A DNA stretch of 63,636 nucleotides, filler included, from Octopus bimaculoides (taxonomy: Eukaryota), in NCBI RefSeq assembly GCF_001194135.2. It is 5 parts of 4 records of this genome, joined end to end, with 100 filler letters (N's around TTAATTAATTAA, not from the genome) between each part and the next. Parts side by side here need not be neighbours in the genome. Positions count along the whole stretch, not along the records: positions 62,366 to 63,636 come from NC_068984.1; 4 more parts are not named here. The stretch is one strand, 5' to 3'. The notes beneath the pieces are model-generated. The model was not told the DNA's origin, made no database searches, and saw only the letters and a program-made list of their open reading frames with translations. This document shows, piece by piece, positions 62,420 to 63,636 of this stretch (position 1 is the stretch's first letter; each line of letters begins with the position of its first letter). Made by a program: the position numbers and the translations under genes.

Positions 62420-63636
62420 TTCGTGTTATTGGAAGATATTTATTGGCTACAAAAACGTCCTAAATTAACTTTGTATGCTTCAATCTTTGGACGATTGTAC
62501 AAGGCAGAAAGTAGCATTTGGTACATGAAGAATATTGCAGAAATCATTTGAAATCATAACAGTGCTTCAGTCAGTACCCTAATATACGAAAAAATATAGA
62601 TTCATTGTGTTATGGATGATTGAAAACGGATGGATTATTAACATTTATTGACATAAATTTCCGGATGATTTATAAAAACAAGCATGCTGCTCATAGAAAT
62701 ATTTGTATGTGTATATGGCAAATATTTCTGTGAATACCTGATTATATACACACGCATTTACGCGGCATATAGTTGTAGTGCTCTGATGTGTCACATTTTG
62801 TCGAAATGCTATCAAGGCCTCACAGATTTCGTTGGCTTCAACAGAGAACTTAAATTGTGCATCTCAATTGGTAACAATCATTTCGGAAGGAACTCTTTCT
62901 CGTAAGGGGAGCCGAAATTTCTCAACTTCCTTTCAAAATAAATTTATCCGTAATTAAGAAACTTTCGGAAAGTTTTCAGAAGCAGCAATAAATTCAGTAA
63001 CAAAATATAATGATAAACAAAATAATAATTACCAAAATTAATTAACAGTAGTAATTAGTAAAAGTAACAATGACAATAATAAAAACGACGACGACAACAA
63101 CATCAACAACAATAATAAATAATAATAATAATAATAATAATAACAACAACAACAACAACAACAATAATAATAATGATTTGAAAAGTTAATTGTAATAATA
63201 GCAAAAACAATAAATAGCGTTATTTTTCGTTCGTAATTATTAGCATCAACACATCTTTTACTAATAATCTTAGTTTTGCTCATTATTATTTTGTAATTAT
63301 TTTAAAATTGTGTTTGCTAATTATGATTTCAGTCAAATCCCGGTCATTTACCTGATGTTGGCTAAGAAATTTTGGACTTCTACTCAAGAAAATTTGATCC
63401 TCCTCTGAAAAATCATACAATTTTGGTTGAAAATTTAAAAAAACGTAAAGAATAATAATAAGACCTCACATATTCTCTTTTTGAACAGGGCGCAGCTTTC
63501 GACAAATATACACTATATTACTCTATTCTTATATAACCATCTTCAAGAATATGTAATCATTTAAGTATATATATATATATATATATATGCATGTATGTAT
63601 GTATGTATGTATATATGAATGTATGTATGTATATAT

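Overview
Repeat-dense, gapped eukaryotic genomic DNA. It is AT-rich, full of (CA)n/(TA)n/(GATA)n/(AAT)n microsatellites, and has N-gaps that are sometimes bridged by an artificial TTAATTAATTAA spacer. The SINE repertoire strongly suggests Octopus/coleoid cephalopod (inference from recognised repeat families, not a database match). No complete host protein-coding gene can be reconstructed. Almost all long ORFs in the track are microsatellite or N-gap artefacts, or decayed transposon fragments. Recognisable elements: three tRNA-headed SINE families plus an RTE-tail SINE; RTE, CR1-type and R4/NeSL-type (RLE) LINE fragments; mariner, maT (DD37D-like), Tc1-like, Tigger/pogo and Helitron fossils; many fold-back MITEs; and several Penelope-like element (PLE) pieces (N-terminal domain, GIY-YIG endonuclease). 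The most notable signal is a set of four sequence-distinct hammerhead-ribozyme (HHR) motifs. One is intact with a palindromic stem III (12201-12248). One is the tail of a head-to-head tRNA-SINE palindrome abutting a PLE ORF start (26165-26750). One has a long closing stem (53162-53252). One sits at the centre of a TTAA-flanked fold-back element (57009-57409). Positions 1-14 kb are CpG-depleted and end at a CpG-rich, E-box/CLEAR-like promoter candidate (~14.4-14.9 kb), consistent with a methylated gene body on the left, but only isolated candidate exons can be seen.
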